DNA of 46,967 nt from a virus. Lineage: Duplodnaviria > Caudoviricetes. The stretch covers positions 1 through 46,967 of IMG/VR virus record IMGVR_UViG_3300047547_000347. One strand, written 5' to 3'. The translations under genes were made by a program, and so were the position numbers. Below, piece by piece: positions 18,694 to 27,131 of this stretch. Positions within the stretch are counted from its first letter, which is position 1. Each line of letters opens with the position of its first letter. The notes under the pieces were generated by a model. It was not told the DNA's origin. It worked only from the letters and a program-made list of their open reading frames with translations, and made no database searches.

Positions 18694-20180
18694 TGTTGAG
18701 GAAACTGTGGCTGTTCGTGTTATTGTTGCCGTACACCGACGTTCTCGCCGACGGTCCGCTGTTCAGCATCTGGCACATCGACGGCCACGGGTACGCTTGG
18801 CAGCAGGCGCAGATCGACGCGGGGCTGCCACTGGAATTCTCGCTCCGCATGCCGCAGTACGCCCGGTCGTCCGGTGCCGCGTACATGGCGGACCTGAACG
18901 GTAACGCGGCGTTGATCGCCACACAGCGGTCTGTGGCACTGCGGATGAACAACATTCCCCCGGAAGTGACGAGCACGGTTCCGCCGCCTGCTGTGACTGA
19001 GGACAACTGGCGGGAGTGCTACACCTGCGTCGTGCGTCGAGCGGATGGCACGTTGCGGGTGACGTTGTTGCCGTGCCCGCTAGGACCGACGGATCCGTGG
19101 GCGGAAGTTGGTCGCAAGTGGGCAACGTCTGTCTGGATGACGCGACTTCAGGAGATTCTGCCGACCGTTGATAGCTTCGTGCTGCGGGAGAACAACGAAG
19201 GGAATCGGGTCGTATTCAACGACCTGCGGACGCGAGTGAAGGTCAACGGCGTTATCACTTGGCCGTGGAAGTCGCGAGCCGAACTGGAAGCAATTGACCT
19301 GCGAATCGCTGAGTGGGTTGAGGAGCGTCGAGACCGCGATTCAACGTCGTGCATGCCGGAGTTCACCGTTGCCGACAACGCCCACTACCACGCCCTGTAC
19401 GCGGGGATGGATGCCGCGATGGTTCCGGGATGGCAGGGGAAACTGCGGACGGTCGGCTACGGTGGATTCGTCGAGAACCGACAGAACGATACGGCGTCGG
19501 TGCAGATGTACCTCGGATACTTCAAGGACGGGAGCCTCACTGATTCGGACTACATGCGGGATTACAACGCGGCGGCTGCGGAATGGCCTGCGGCGGGGTG
19601 GCGGGAGTGGAGCATCCGTCCCTGTGGTACTGGTCCGAGATTCATCTACGAAGGTGCTCAACTCGGACTAACGGCGGCGATGGACCCAACGTCGTTCGGG
19701 GGGTGGAATGCCTGGCTGGCGTGGGCGAGCCATCAGCCGGGAATTGATTTCCGAGCGGTTGAGTGGCACTCGGCACAAACGACGCCGCGGCAACTGATCT
19801 TCGCTTCCACAGGGACGAGCACGATTCAACAGGTCCACGTTGACTCACTCGCCGCGATTGGCCGGAGCGATCTGCTGACGGCGACGGTGGAGGATTACGA
19901 ACGGGCGGTGCTGTGCCAGTTCCAGCGGGTGCATACGCATCCGGTGCTGAATCGGTACTGGCGTGAGGGCGAGACGGTGCTGCTGCTGACGTCGCCGCTG
20001 AACACGTCGACCGTGAACCGCGTTTATGCGACGGAGACGACGATTCCTGGAATAAGCCAGACGCTGCTGACGGTTTACACGCCGTGCGACCTGAGCGGTG
20101 AGATTCAGGTCGGCGGGTGGACGGTTCCGGCGAAGCGGTTTGCGTATTACCTCACAGGCGCGGTTCTGGAAATTGAGTAA
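18690..20180 (+). CDS. exported hypothetical protein (about 496 aa)
   Basis: AGGAG RBS; signal-peptide-like MMLRKLWLFVLLLP..VLA; Trp-rich; visibly GC-richer than neighbours. Confidence 0.75.
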   Translation: MMLRKLWLFVLLLPYTDVLADGPLFSIWHIDGHGYAWQQAQIDAGLPLEFSLRMPQYARSSGAAYMADLNGNAALIATQRSVALRMNNIPPEVTSTVPPPAVTEDNWRECYTCVVRRADGTLRVTLLPCPLGPTDPWAEVGRKWATSVWMTRLQEILPTVDSFVLRENNEGNRVVFNDLRTRVKVNGVITWPWKSRAELEAIDLRIAEWVEERRDRDSTSCMPEFTVADNAHYHALYAGMDAAMVPGWQGKLRTVGYGGFVENRQNDTASVQMYLGYFKDGSLTDSDYMRDYNAAAAEWPAAGWREWSIRPCGTGPRFIYEGAQLGLTAAMDPTSFGGWNAWLAWASHQPGIDFRAVEWHSAQTTPRQLIFASTGTSTIQQVHVDSLAAIGRSDLLTATVEDYERAVLCQFQRVHTHPVLNRYWREGETVLLLTSPLNTSTVNRVYATETTIPGISQTLLTVYTPCDLSGEIQVGGWTVPAKRFAYYLTGAVLEIE

Positions 20181-20557
20181 TGCCAATCAAATCCTCCACC
20201 ATCGTTGAGGATTCTCCCCAGATTGACGGGCGGCGGTACATCCGTGAAGTCCATACGGACGACGTGGGAGTGGAGCATCACGTCACGTATCTAGCAGAGA
20301 GTAAGGAGGACGTGGAAGCTATACTCCCTATCCGGGTCTCACAGATCGACGAGCAGATCGCGGAGAAGCAGGTAATAGAGCAAGCCCTCATTGTGGCTGA
20401 GAAGGAACGGGCAGTTGAGTTGCTCAAGTTGGGTGATGAATCAATCGCCAAGATTCTGATGGTGAGTGGTGATGCTGTTGCCGAGGAGAAGGTGAAGTTG
20501 GAAGATGTGGCCACGAAGGTGATTGACGTGAAATCGGCTGAGAAGGTTGTAAAATAA
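20180..20557 (+). CDS. hypothetical protein
   Basis: TAATG overlap; charged helical C-terminal half. Confidence 0.7.
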   Translation: MPIKSSTIVEDSPQIDGRRYIREVHTDDVGVEHHVTYLAESKEDVEAILPIRVSQIDEQIAEKQVIEQALIVAEKERAVELLKLGDESIAKILMVSGDAVAEEKVKLEDVATKVIDVKSAEKVVK

Positions 20558-21979
20558 ATGGCGGATACCTACCTCAGTTCGGTTGACGGCTCCGATGGCG
20601 ACGACGGCTCAACGTGGGCACTCGCTGATGCTACGGCTGCTGCCGCTGTGGTTGCTGCTGGTGCTGGTGGGACGGTCTATGTTGATAGTGCTCACTCGGA
20701 AGCACCGGGGGCGGCACTAACGATTGCCAGTCCCGGCACGCACGCCTCTCCGACTCGGCTATTGAGCGTGGATCGCTCCGGTAATCCAGAGCCACCTACT
20801 GCTATTCTTGCCGGGGCGGTATTGTCTGCCGGTGCTGGCAACTTCGCGGTAAACATTCAGGGTGTTAGTGAGATTGTTGGATTTACTCTCAAAGGAGGGT
20901 CATCTGGTAACTCTTCCCACGTTTCCTTTGGAGGTACCTCACAAGGTGCCATACTAGAGAACTGCCGTGTCGAACTACCCAGTACCGGCACATCTCAAAT
21001 CAATATCGGATCAACTTCTTCTACAGAGAATCCGATTGAATGGCGTGATGTTGTTGCGAAGTTTGGGAGTGTTAACCAAAAACTGGTATTCAACCAAACT
21101 AAATTTCGGTGGCGTGGTGGAAGCGTCGATCCTGCCGGATCCGCTCCAACAACGATCCTTGTGCCATCCTCTCGTGGCATAGATGTTGAGTTGTATGGTG
21201 TAGACCTATCACATCTAGGGTCTGGCAAAAGTCTCGTAGATGTTAGTGCGACTGCTTCCGGTCGCGTACTACTTACAAAGTGTAAGCTAGGATCGAGCGT
21301 GGCTGTTACCGTAGGGTCATATCCTAACATTGGCGGAATTGAAGCCATTCTTGTTGATTGTGACTCAGCCGACCCGTCATCCGCAGGTCATCGTTACTAC
21401 AAAGGTAATTACTGTGGAGTAGTAAAAAACTACACAGCGATTTACCGATCTGGTGGTGGGAGTGATGTAGGTATTCCGCACAGTCGTCAAATGGTGTCGA
21501 GTGCCGGAGCACGAGTTGCTAGACCACTGGTCTATGACATCATGTTCTGGAATGAGACATTGAATGCTCTCAATCTTGCCTGCGAAGTTGTTAGCGACGG
21601 TGTGACATTCAAGGATGACGAGTTGTGGATGGAAGTTGACGCCATGACTAACAGTGGTACTCCGTGGGGAAGCATCACGAAGGACCGCATCAGCACCATC
21701 CTCACAACTCCCGCGAACCAAACCACAAGCAGCGAGACATGGACGACAACGGGTCTCACCACTCCGACGAAACAGAAACTCGAAGTCAGCGTCACGCCTG
21801 CAGAGAAGGGCTGGGTTCGCTGCCGCATCTGTCTGGCAAAGCCGAGTAGCACGGTCTACATCTGCCCGCTTATTACGGGGCTGGGGTTTAAGAGTGGTCG
21901 GCAGTGGCAGTCGGCGGATGTGTATGTGATTGAGGGGGCAGCTGGTCGTGGTGCTTATTCACAAGTAGGGATTTTGTAA
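20558..21979 (+). CDS. putative virion surface / beta-helix-like protein
   Basis: YLSSVDGSDGDDGSTWA N-terminus resembles pectin-lyase-fold proteins; Gly/Ser/Thr-rich. Confidence 0.55.
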   Translation: MADTYLSSVDGSDGDDGSTWALADATAAAAVVAAGAGGTVYVDSAHSEAPGAALTIASPGTHASPTRLLSVDRSGNPEPPTAILAGAVLSAGAGNFAVNIQGVSEIVGFTLKGGSSGNSSHVSFGGTSQGAILENCRVELPSTGTSQINIGSTSSTENPIEWRDVVAKFGSVNQKLVFNQTKFRWRGGSVDPAGSAPTTILVPSSRGIDVELYGVDLSHLGSGKSLVDVSATASGRVLLTKCKLGSSVAVTVGSYPNIGGIEAILVDCDSADPSSAGHRYYKGNYCGVVKNYTAIYRSGGGSDVGIPHSRQMVSSAGARVARPLVYDIMFWNETLNALNLACEVVSDGVTFKDDELWMEVDAMTNSGTPWGSITKDRISTILTTPANQTTSSETWTTTGLTTPTKQKLEVSVTPAEKGWVRCRICLAKPSSTVYICPLITGLGFKSGRQWQSADVYVIEGAAGRGAYSQVGIL

Positions 21980-21980
21980 A

Positions 21981-22292
21981 ATGGCGGCACCGTACAATCC
22001 ACCTGTTAAGAATGAAGACTTTATCTTCTACGTGGCATTAAAGGCTACGGCTGATGGGAGCTTCAAAGTCAACCCGACGCTGGCTGCGGGTGATGTAAAG
22101 GTGAAGAAGGACAGTGGGGCTCCGGCTAATCTGGGAACGCTTCCGGCGGTGGACAACTCGGCTGAAATCTGGGTGAAGGTGACGTTGACGTCCACAGAGA
22201 TGAATGCTGATAATGTGTGCATTCAATTCATCGATCAGACCAGCCCAAAAGAGTGGGAAGATTACGCCATCAGTATCCCGACCACCGCGTAG
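21981..22292 (+). CDS. putative small structural protein (beta-sandwich)
   Basis: NPTLAAGDVKVKKD...LTSTEMNAD; beta-rich composition. Confidence 0.6.
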   Translation: MAAPYNPPVKNEDFIFYVALKATADGSFKVNPTLAAGDVKVKKDSGAPANLGTLPAVDNSAEIWVKVTLTSTEMNADNVCIQFIDQTSPKEWEDYAISIPTTA

Positions 22293-22301
22293 TGAAACAT
22301 C

Positions 22302-23054
22302 GTGTTCCGTGTCTACTTTGGAAACTTTGTCGCCGGTGACGTCTCTAGCGCCAGTTCGGCGTCGAGCAATTCGAGCTCATCTAGCAGCAGTTCCAGTTCT
22401 TCTCTGAGTGACACCACACAGAGTGATCAGAGCTCGCCTAGTTCTGTATCATCTCTTTCTTCAGAATCTTCTAGTAGCTCATCTTCTTCATTGTCAAGTT
22501 TGAGCTCTGTTAGTAGTCTGAGTTCATCGTCTGTATCGAGTGCGTCGTCGCAGTCGAGCTCATCACTTAGCAGTCTGTCGTCTCTATCGAGTCAGAGTGA
22601 AGAGTCCAGTCAGTCGTCAAGTTCTTCATCGGTATCGAGTAGCAGCCTCTCGTCAGTCAGCAGTCAGTCATCTAGTTCGTTGTCGTCGGTGAGCTCAGCT
22701 TCGAGTGATAGCAGTTCAAGTAGTTCTTCCAGCAGTAGTTCTTCCTCATCTAGTGTTAGCAGCTCATCTGTCAGCTCATCTTCGTCTTCGAGCACGTCGT
22801 CATCGCTGTCCAGTGTTAGCAGCCTATCGGTAGAGTCTCAGTCATCGCTGTCATCGACCAGCAGTTCGCAGTCCAGTTCTAGCAGCAGCAGTTCGTCCAG
22901 TAGTTCCAGCAGTTCCACTGGATTGATTGAATTTCCGGTGAGCAAGCGTGTGTCGCATGTCGGTGTCTTTAGTTCAGGTGCAACGCACGTCGGTGTGAGC
23001 AGCAAATCTGTTAGTCATGTGGGTGTGCACAGCAAGACGGTAGCCAACCCGTAG
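22302..23054 (+). CDS. poly-serine protein with C-terminal (S/T)HVGV repeats
   Basis: About 190-aa Ser-dominated tract using both TCN and AGY codons with no stop. Confidence 0.75.
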   Translation: MFRVYFGNFVAGDVSSASSASSNSSSSSSSSSSSLSDTTQSDQSSPSSVSSLSSESSSSSSSSLSSLSSVSSLSSSSVSSASSQSSSSLSSLSSLSSQSEESSQSSSSSSVSSSSLSSVSSQSSSSLSSVSSASSDSSSSSSSSSSSSSSSVSSSSVSSSSSSSTSSSLSSVSSLSVESQSSLSSTSSSQSSSSSSSSSSSSSSSTGLIEFPVSKRVSHVGVFSSGATHVGVSSKSVSHVGVHSKTVANP

Positions 23055-23098
23055 GCTCTGGTATTGCGAATCTGGCGAATTCCGGTAGGCTTTGCGAT

Positions 23099-23446
23099 AT
23101 GTCACTCATCTATGCGTACAAGTCGAGAGGGCTGACGAAGGATTTGACAATCCTCGATGGTGCCGGTGCGGCTGTTGAGCCTGGTGATAACGATGAACTG
23201 CGGATCAGCATCGGACGGGAAGGTGCGACACCGCTGCTGACGTTCACCAGTGACGCTGCGACTGCTAACGGCAGCAGCATCACAAAGAGCGGTGGAGTCG
23301 ACGGTAGCCATCGTATGCGATTGGACGCCGCTGATCTGAATTTTGCGGCTGGTTGTTATACGCTCATTTTCGACTATCTTGATAATGCTGACGCGGAGGA
23401 GTGGAAGAACATCTCCCGCCAGGTCTTCGTACTCGAGGACACGTGA
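23099..23446 (+). CDS. putative Ig-like structural protein
   Basis: 115 aa, beta-rich, TGATG coupling to next gene. Confidence 0.6.
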   Translation: MSLIYAYKSRGLTKDLTILDGAGAAVEPGDNDELRISIGREGATPLLTFTSDAATANGSSITKSGGVDGSHRMRLDAADLNFAAGCYTLIFDYLDNADAEEWKNISRQVFVLEDT

Positions 23447-24243
23447 TGGGTAGAATTCTTGATATCTCAGAAGCTCTCCTCCTCCTCGGTCTCACAGAGC
23501 CGACTGAGGTGGAACGAGCAGTTGTGCAGCAGTGCCTGGGAATGGCGGAAGGTGCTATTAGGCGGCACCTGCGATACGACCCGGTGCAGAGCACTCGCAC
23601 AGAGTTCTACCCGACACAGGATCTCTCCGCACAGGCGAGAGGTTCGACGTGGGAGGTAAGTGACACCGTTGCCTACACACGGCAGTTGGCAGGTGCCTCG
23701 ACTGATGAGTTGCAACTGTCGGGTATTCCAGTCCGGTCAATCACGTCGCTCTATGTTGATCATGATGGTCGGGCCGGTTCTCGATCAGGTTCCTTCGCTG
23801 CTGAGACGCTGTTGACGCAAGGGGAAGATTACTTCCCAAGTTGGGACAAGTATGACAGCAGTGGGAATCCGGTTAGCAGTGACGGCATTATCCGGTCGCA
23901 GGGCCGTTGGCCGTTGGTTGCCGGTGCTATTAAGGTGGTGTACGTGGCCGGCTTTACGGCAGCCGAGTTCGGGGGCTCAGATACCGTTCTTGATGCTTCA
24001 CCGATCCGTGAATGTGTGATCGATGAGACCACCCGCCGAGTGCAGAAGCACATGAGTAGGGCCAAGAAGGCCCTGGCGGGCTGGACGGGTGGTCCACTCA
24101 CATCAGAATCACTCGGGAAGTATTCGTACAGCGTGGATGGTGCGACGCTTGCCAAGCTGGTCGGTGGGTCGAATGACCTGCTGGGTGAGACTGTCGCAAG
24201 ATTAGAAGAGTACGTCAACTGGGGCTGGATGTTGACAGGCTGA
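23446..24243 (+). CDS. head-tail connector / adaptor (gp6/gp15-like)
   Basis: N-terminal helices AEGAIRRHL, PVRSITSL, IKVVYVAGF, SESLGKYSYS. Confidence 0.75.
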   Translation: MGRILDISEALLLLGLTEPTEVERAVVQQCLGMAEGAIRRHLRYDPVQSTRTEFYPTQDLSAQARGSTWEVSDTVAYTRQLAGASTDELQLSGIPVRSITSLYVDHDGRAGSRSGSFAAETLLTQGEDYFPSWDKYDSSGNPVSSDGIIRSQGRWPLVAGAIKVVYVAGFTAAEFGGSDTVLDASPIRECVIDETTRRVQKHMSRAKKALAGWTGGPLTSESLGKYSYSVDGATLAKLVGGSNDLLGETVARLEEYVNWGWMLTG

Positions 24244-25133
24244 TGACACTAAGAGGAAGATCAGTGAGTCGAACAAGAAAGCCAGATCCAATCGATCGCC
24301 CGTACATGCAGGAGATCCAAGAGCGAGCGATTCGGATTGAAGCGAACGTCACGTATAAGTGCAACGCAGTCTGTGAGCACTGCAACAAGGCTGTCGGTCT
24401 CGTCAAGTTCCAAAAGGCGGATATGACGGTTGAGCAGATGCGGCAAGCCGTCGACCAGTTGATTGAGCAGAAGATCGATGTGCGGCGTTTCACATTCTGC
24501 GGTGGTGAGCCGATTGCACATCCGCACCTGCAAGAGCTGATCAATGAAGCAGCAAGGCTCCCCGGGGTTCGGTACGGATTTCGCATCCTTACGAACGGAC
24601 TTCGGGCTTCTGAAGAAAAGCGTGCTGCGATTGATCTGCCCAAGCGATTTCAATGGGTCGTCAACGCCATCGACGACATTGACGATCCTCTCTCCGGTAA
24701 AAACGACCCGCTTGCACGTCCCAACCGTCGGTACCATACGCCATTCTGGGTGTCACCTGCGGACGTCGGGTTAGAATCTAAGTTCGAAAACTGTACTGTC
24801 AAGGGTTGGTGCGGTATTGGGCTGGATTCGACTGGGTGGTCGATGTGCGGCAAGGCGAGAATGTTCGGTGAGTTGTTTGGTATCGACCCCTCGATGAAAG
24901 AGGGTGATATCATGCAGCACGTCAGTACCGGCATTCCAGAGATTTGCAAGCACTGCCAATACGGACTGGAAGACGGTGGACGCAGTGGTAGACGTATGCG
25001 AGGGATGAAGGGACCCGCACACGAGATTGATCGACAGGTGCGGCAAGGGAAGATGGCTTCCATCAGTCCGACGTTCGTAGCGGCGTTTGCACAGCACAAA
25101 GAACAACCGTTGATTCAACTTGAACGTTTCTAA
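24243..25133 (+). CDS. radical SAM enzyme with twitch/SPASM-like C-terminal Cys cluster
   Basis: CNAVCEHC (CxxxCxxC), GGEP, LTNG; C-terminal C..C..C..CKHC. Confidence 0.92.
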   Translation: MTLRGRSVSRTRKPDPIDRPYMQEIQERAIRIEANVTYKCNAVCEHCNKAVGLVKFQKADMTVEQMRQAVDQLIEQKIDVRRFTFCGGEPIAHPHLQELINEAARLPGVRYGFRILTNGLRASEEKRAAIDLPKRFQWVVNAIDDIDDPLSGKNDPLARPNRRYHTPFWVSPADVGLESKFENCTVKGWCGIGLDSTGWSMCGKARMFGELFGIDPSMKEGDIMQHVSTGIPEICKHCQYGLEDGGRSGRRMRGMKGPAHEIDRQVRQGKMASISPTFVAAFAQHKEQPLIQLERF

Positions 25134-25144
25134 GGAGGGAATCA

Positions 25145-25285
25145 ATGCTGCGACGATTGCTGTACCTTCTCACTTTTGGTTGGGTACGCTCGTCTGCGAG
25201 CGGCGCCTGTTGCCGTTCTGATGGTTATTTGGAGTGCTACCAGGAATACGACTGTGATGAAGTAGACATCCGAAGACCACTATGA
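25145..25285 (+). CDS. 46-aa Cys-rich peptide
   Basis: TAAGGAGG RBS; MLRRLLYLLTFGWVRSSASGACCRSDGYLECYQEYDCDEVDIRRPL; ATGA overlap with next gene. Confidence 0.6.
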   Translation: MLRRLLYLLTFGWVRSSASGACCRSDGYLECYQEYDCDEVDIRRPL

Positions 25286-25653
25286 GCCTCCTCGAACGAT
25301 TCCCGCATCGCTGCACAATTCGCCGACGTACTCGAGTGAAAGACGAGTACGTTGGTTCTCGCGACATACCGGAAGTGCGGTACACTGACATTGAGTGCTG
25401 GGAGCAGGAGGCCAGTGCTAACTCAGTGATGAAGTACGATAAGCGGGGTATCAGCATCAGCCGTGAGATCTTCTTCCTGGCTGATTACGGATTGACGGAG
25501 CAGGATGAAATCGTCATCACCAAAAGGAACGGAGTTGCAGTAGCGAACCAGGTGCCCCTGGATGTAAAATCCCGCAGCGAGCCTGATGCATCTGCAGGAC
25601 TGGGCGTGGTCTTCAGTGTGATGGCTGACATTCAAACTGGACGTTTGCAGTGA
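25282..25653 (+). CDS. head-closure (stopper)-like protein
   Basis: HRCTIRR..DEYVG..C.EQ pattern, 123 aa, near the adaptor. Confidence 0.6.
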   Translation: MSLLERFPHRCTIRRRTRVKDEYVGSRDIPEVRYTDIECWEQEASANSVMKYDKRGISISREIFFLADYGLTEQDEIVITKRNGVAVANQVPLDVKSRSEPDASAGLGVVFSVMADIQTGRLQ

Positions 25654-25739
25654 ACTTGAGAGATCCTTTCCTCTCTGCGTAGTGCCGACGGTTGGTCTGT
25701 TGGCAATTTTGTTGGGTACGCGCTTGAAAGGAGGGCAAC

Positions 25740-26000
25740 ATGAAGCCCGAGCTCGGAAAGTTGGTTGTCTATTGTGACCCGCGTGGTGTGGATCACGATG
25801 CTTTGATCACTGCCGTATGTTCGGATACCTGCGTCAACGTGATCTTCGTGTCGGGAGACGAAACCAAGCAGGACAACTATGGACGCCAGGTAGAGCGGCA
25901 GACGTCGTGCTGTTATGTTTCATCCAACTGGCCGCATGGTAATTACTGGCGGTTTGTGGGTGATGCGAAGCTGCCGTACACGAAGCCGCTGCAGGTGTGA
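25740..26000 (+). CDS. hypothetical protein
   Basis: AAGGAG RBS; 86 aa. Confidence 0.7.
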   Translation: MKPELGKLVVYCDPRGVDHDALITAVCSDTCVNVIFVSGDETKQDNYGRQVERQTSCCYVSSNWPHGNYWRFVGDAKLPYTKPLQV

Positions 26001-26060
26001 TAGGTAACTCGCCTTCTTGGAACCGAGTAGGGACCTACAACGGAAGGTAGAGGAGTTGAA

Positions 26061-26402
26061 ATGAAAGTCACCGTCACATCCATTGAAGAGTTTTTCGAAT
26101 GCCTCGACGCTGAAAAGCAGATTTACCAAGGCACTATCCGGGTGTGCACCGGCAAGAAGCCGCTTGATCCACCTGGTAGAATTCAGGTGAAGTTTGAAAT
26201 CATCCTTCAGGCGTGCACCTTGGTGGAGGTTGAGGAAGGCGGGCAGTATCTCCTCCAAATCGGCATCTCGTGCGGTAAGGATTACGAAGACCAGGGAGGG
26301 GAGCGACCGGGCTCGGCACTAGCGAAATCCTATCGGGATCGCATCGCTGAGTATGCTCGCAAGAGGGCGTGGCGTGTTTTACCAGGTGTCATCGAAGAGT
26401 AA
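26061..26402 (+). CDS. hypothetical protein
   Basis: GAGGAG RBS; 113 aa. Confidence 0.7.
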   Translation: MKVTVTSIEEFFECLDAEKQIYQGTIRVCTGKKPLDPPGRIQVKFEIILQACTLVEVEEGGQYLLQIGISCGKDYEDQGGERPGSALAKSYRDRIAEYARKRAWRVLPGVIEE

Positions 26403-26409
26403 GAAGAAT

Positions 26410-26733
26410 ATGATCGATCCACTCGTCAATCACAATGATTCGAAGGCGGCTCAGGAGGCGTTCCTGAACCAAGCAGTTGAAGCGACTGAAACCTCGCAGT
26501 GGATGGGCGTTGTTTTCAGTTTGCACGGAGACAAACTGCGAGCGGCGTACACCACTTCCAATTTCCCGAAGGTCGAGCTGCTGAACGCTGTCGAGCGGCT
26601 GCGTGAACTGATCAACCGAGAGCTGTCGCCGCCTGCGCCTGAGCCGTTGTCGGTCGCTGCTCGCTTCCGTGATCAGATCATCGAGAAGTCGATGAACGGC
26701 CAGGCACACGCGGAAAGCGAAGGTGCCGGTTGA
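26410..26733 (+). CDS. hypothetical protein
   Basis: In-operon ORF starting MIDPLVN. Confidence 0.6.
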   Translation: MIDPLVNHNDSKAAQEAFLNQAVEATETSQWMGVVFSLHGDKLRAAYTTSNFPKVELLNAVERLRELINRELSPPAPEPLSVAARFRDQIIEKSMNGQAHAESEGAG

Positions 26734-27125
26734 TTCAACGCATCATCGCCTACGTACGATTGTGGGTGGGTTGGGGTTCCGTGTCTGCTCAATTGGTAGC
26801 GACACGGAATTTGGTGTTACGCCTCCAGGCAGAAACTCGTGACCGGGATCAACGATTGGAAGCGGCGGTTCGAGAGATCGACGAACTGCGAGCGACGCTG
26901 CTGAAGAAGTTCGGCAACTACCAAGCAGAACTCGAAACTGCTCGGCTGCTGAACAAGAAGTTGGATGCGGCTTTGCAGGTAGAGCTGGAAGCGATCCAGG
27001 CGAAGGACACGATTGTGATCCCAGGACTCGTGGCGGCGAATCAGACATTGATTGATCGATGGGAAGCTGAATCCGCAGTGCACAAACTGCGGTCACTTCA
27101 CGCTTCCGCTCAACGCAGCGAGTAA
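26730..27125 (+). CDS. coiled-coil hypothetical protein
   Basis: TTGA overlap; hydrophobic N-terminus then coiled coil. Confidence 0.6.
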   Translation: MIQRIIAYVRLWVGWGSVSAQLVATRNLVLRLQAETRDRDQRLEAAVREIDELRATLLKKFGNYQAELETARLLNKKLDAALQVELEAIQAKDTIVIPGLVAANQTLIDRWEAESAVHKLRSLHASAQRSE

Positions 27126-27131
27126 GGTGCC

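Noticed and set aside
22340-22920. Low-complexity Ser-coding DNA as microsatellite, CRISPR array or DGR variable region
   Set aside because: No fixed repeat unit or repeat-spacer period, no template/variable repeat pair and no reverse transcriptase; the repetition is at protein level.
23064-23091. TTGCGA-16nt-TAGGCT promoter-like sequence
   Set aside because: Weak match that could arise by chance; no shared motif found with other intergenic regions.
26730-27125. Possible spanin (hydrophobic N-terminus plus coiled coil)
   Set aside because: Weak TM segment, no nested or adjacent lipoprotein with a lipobox, and far from the holin-like gene.
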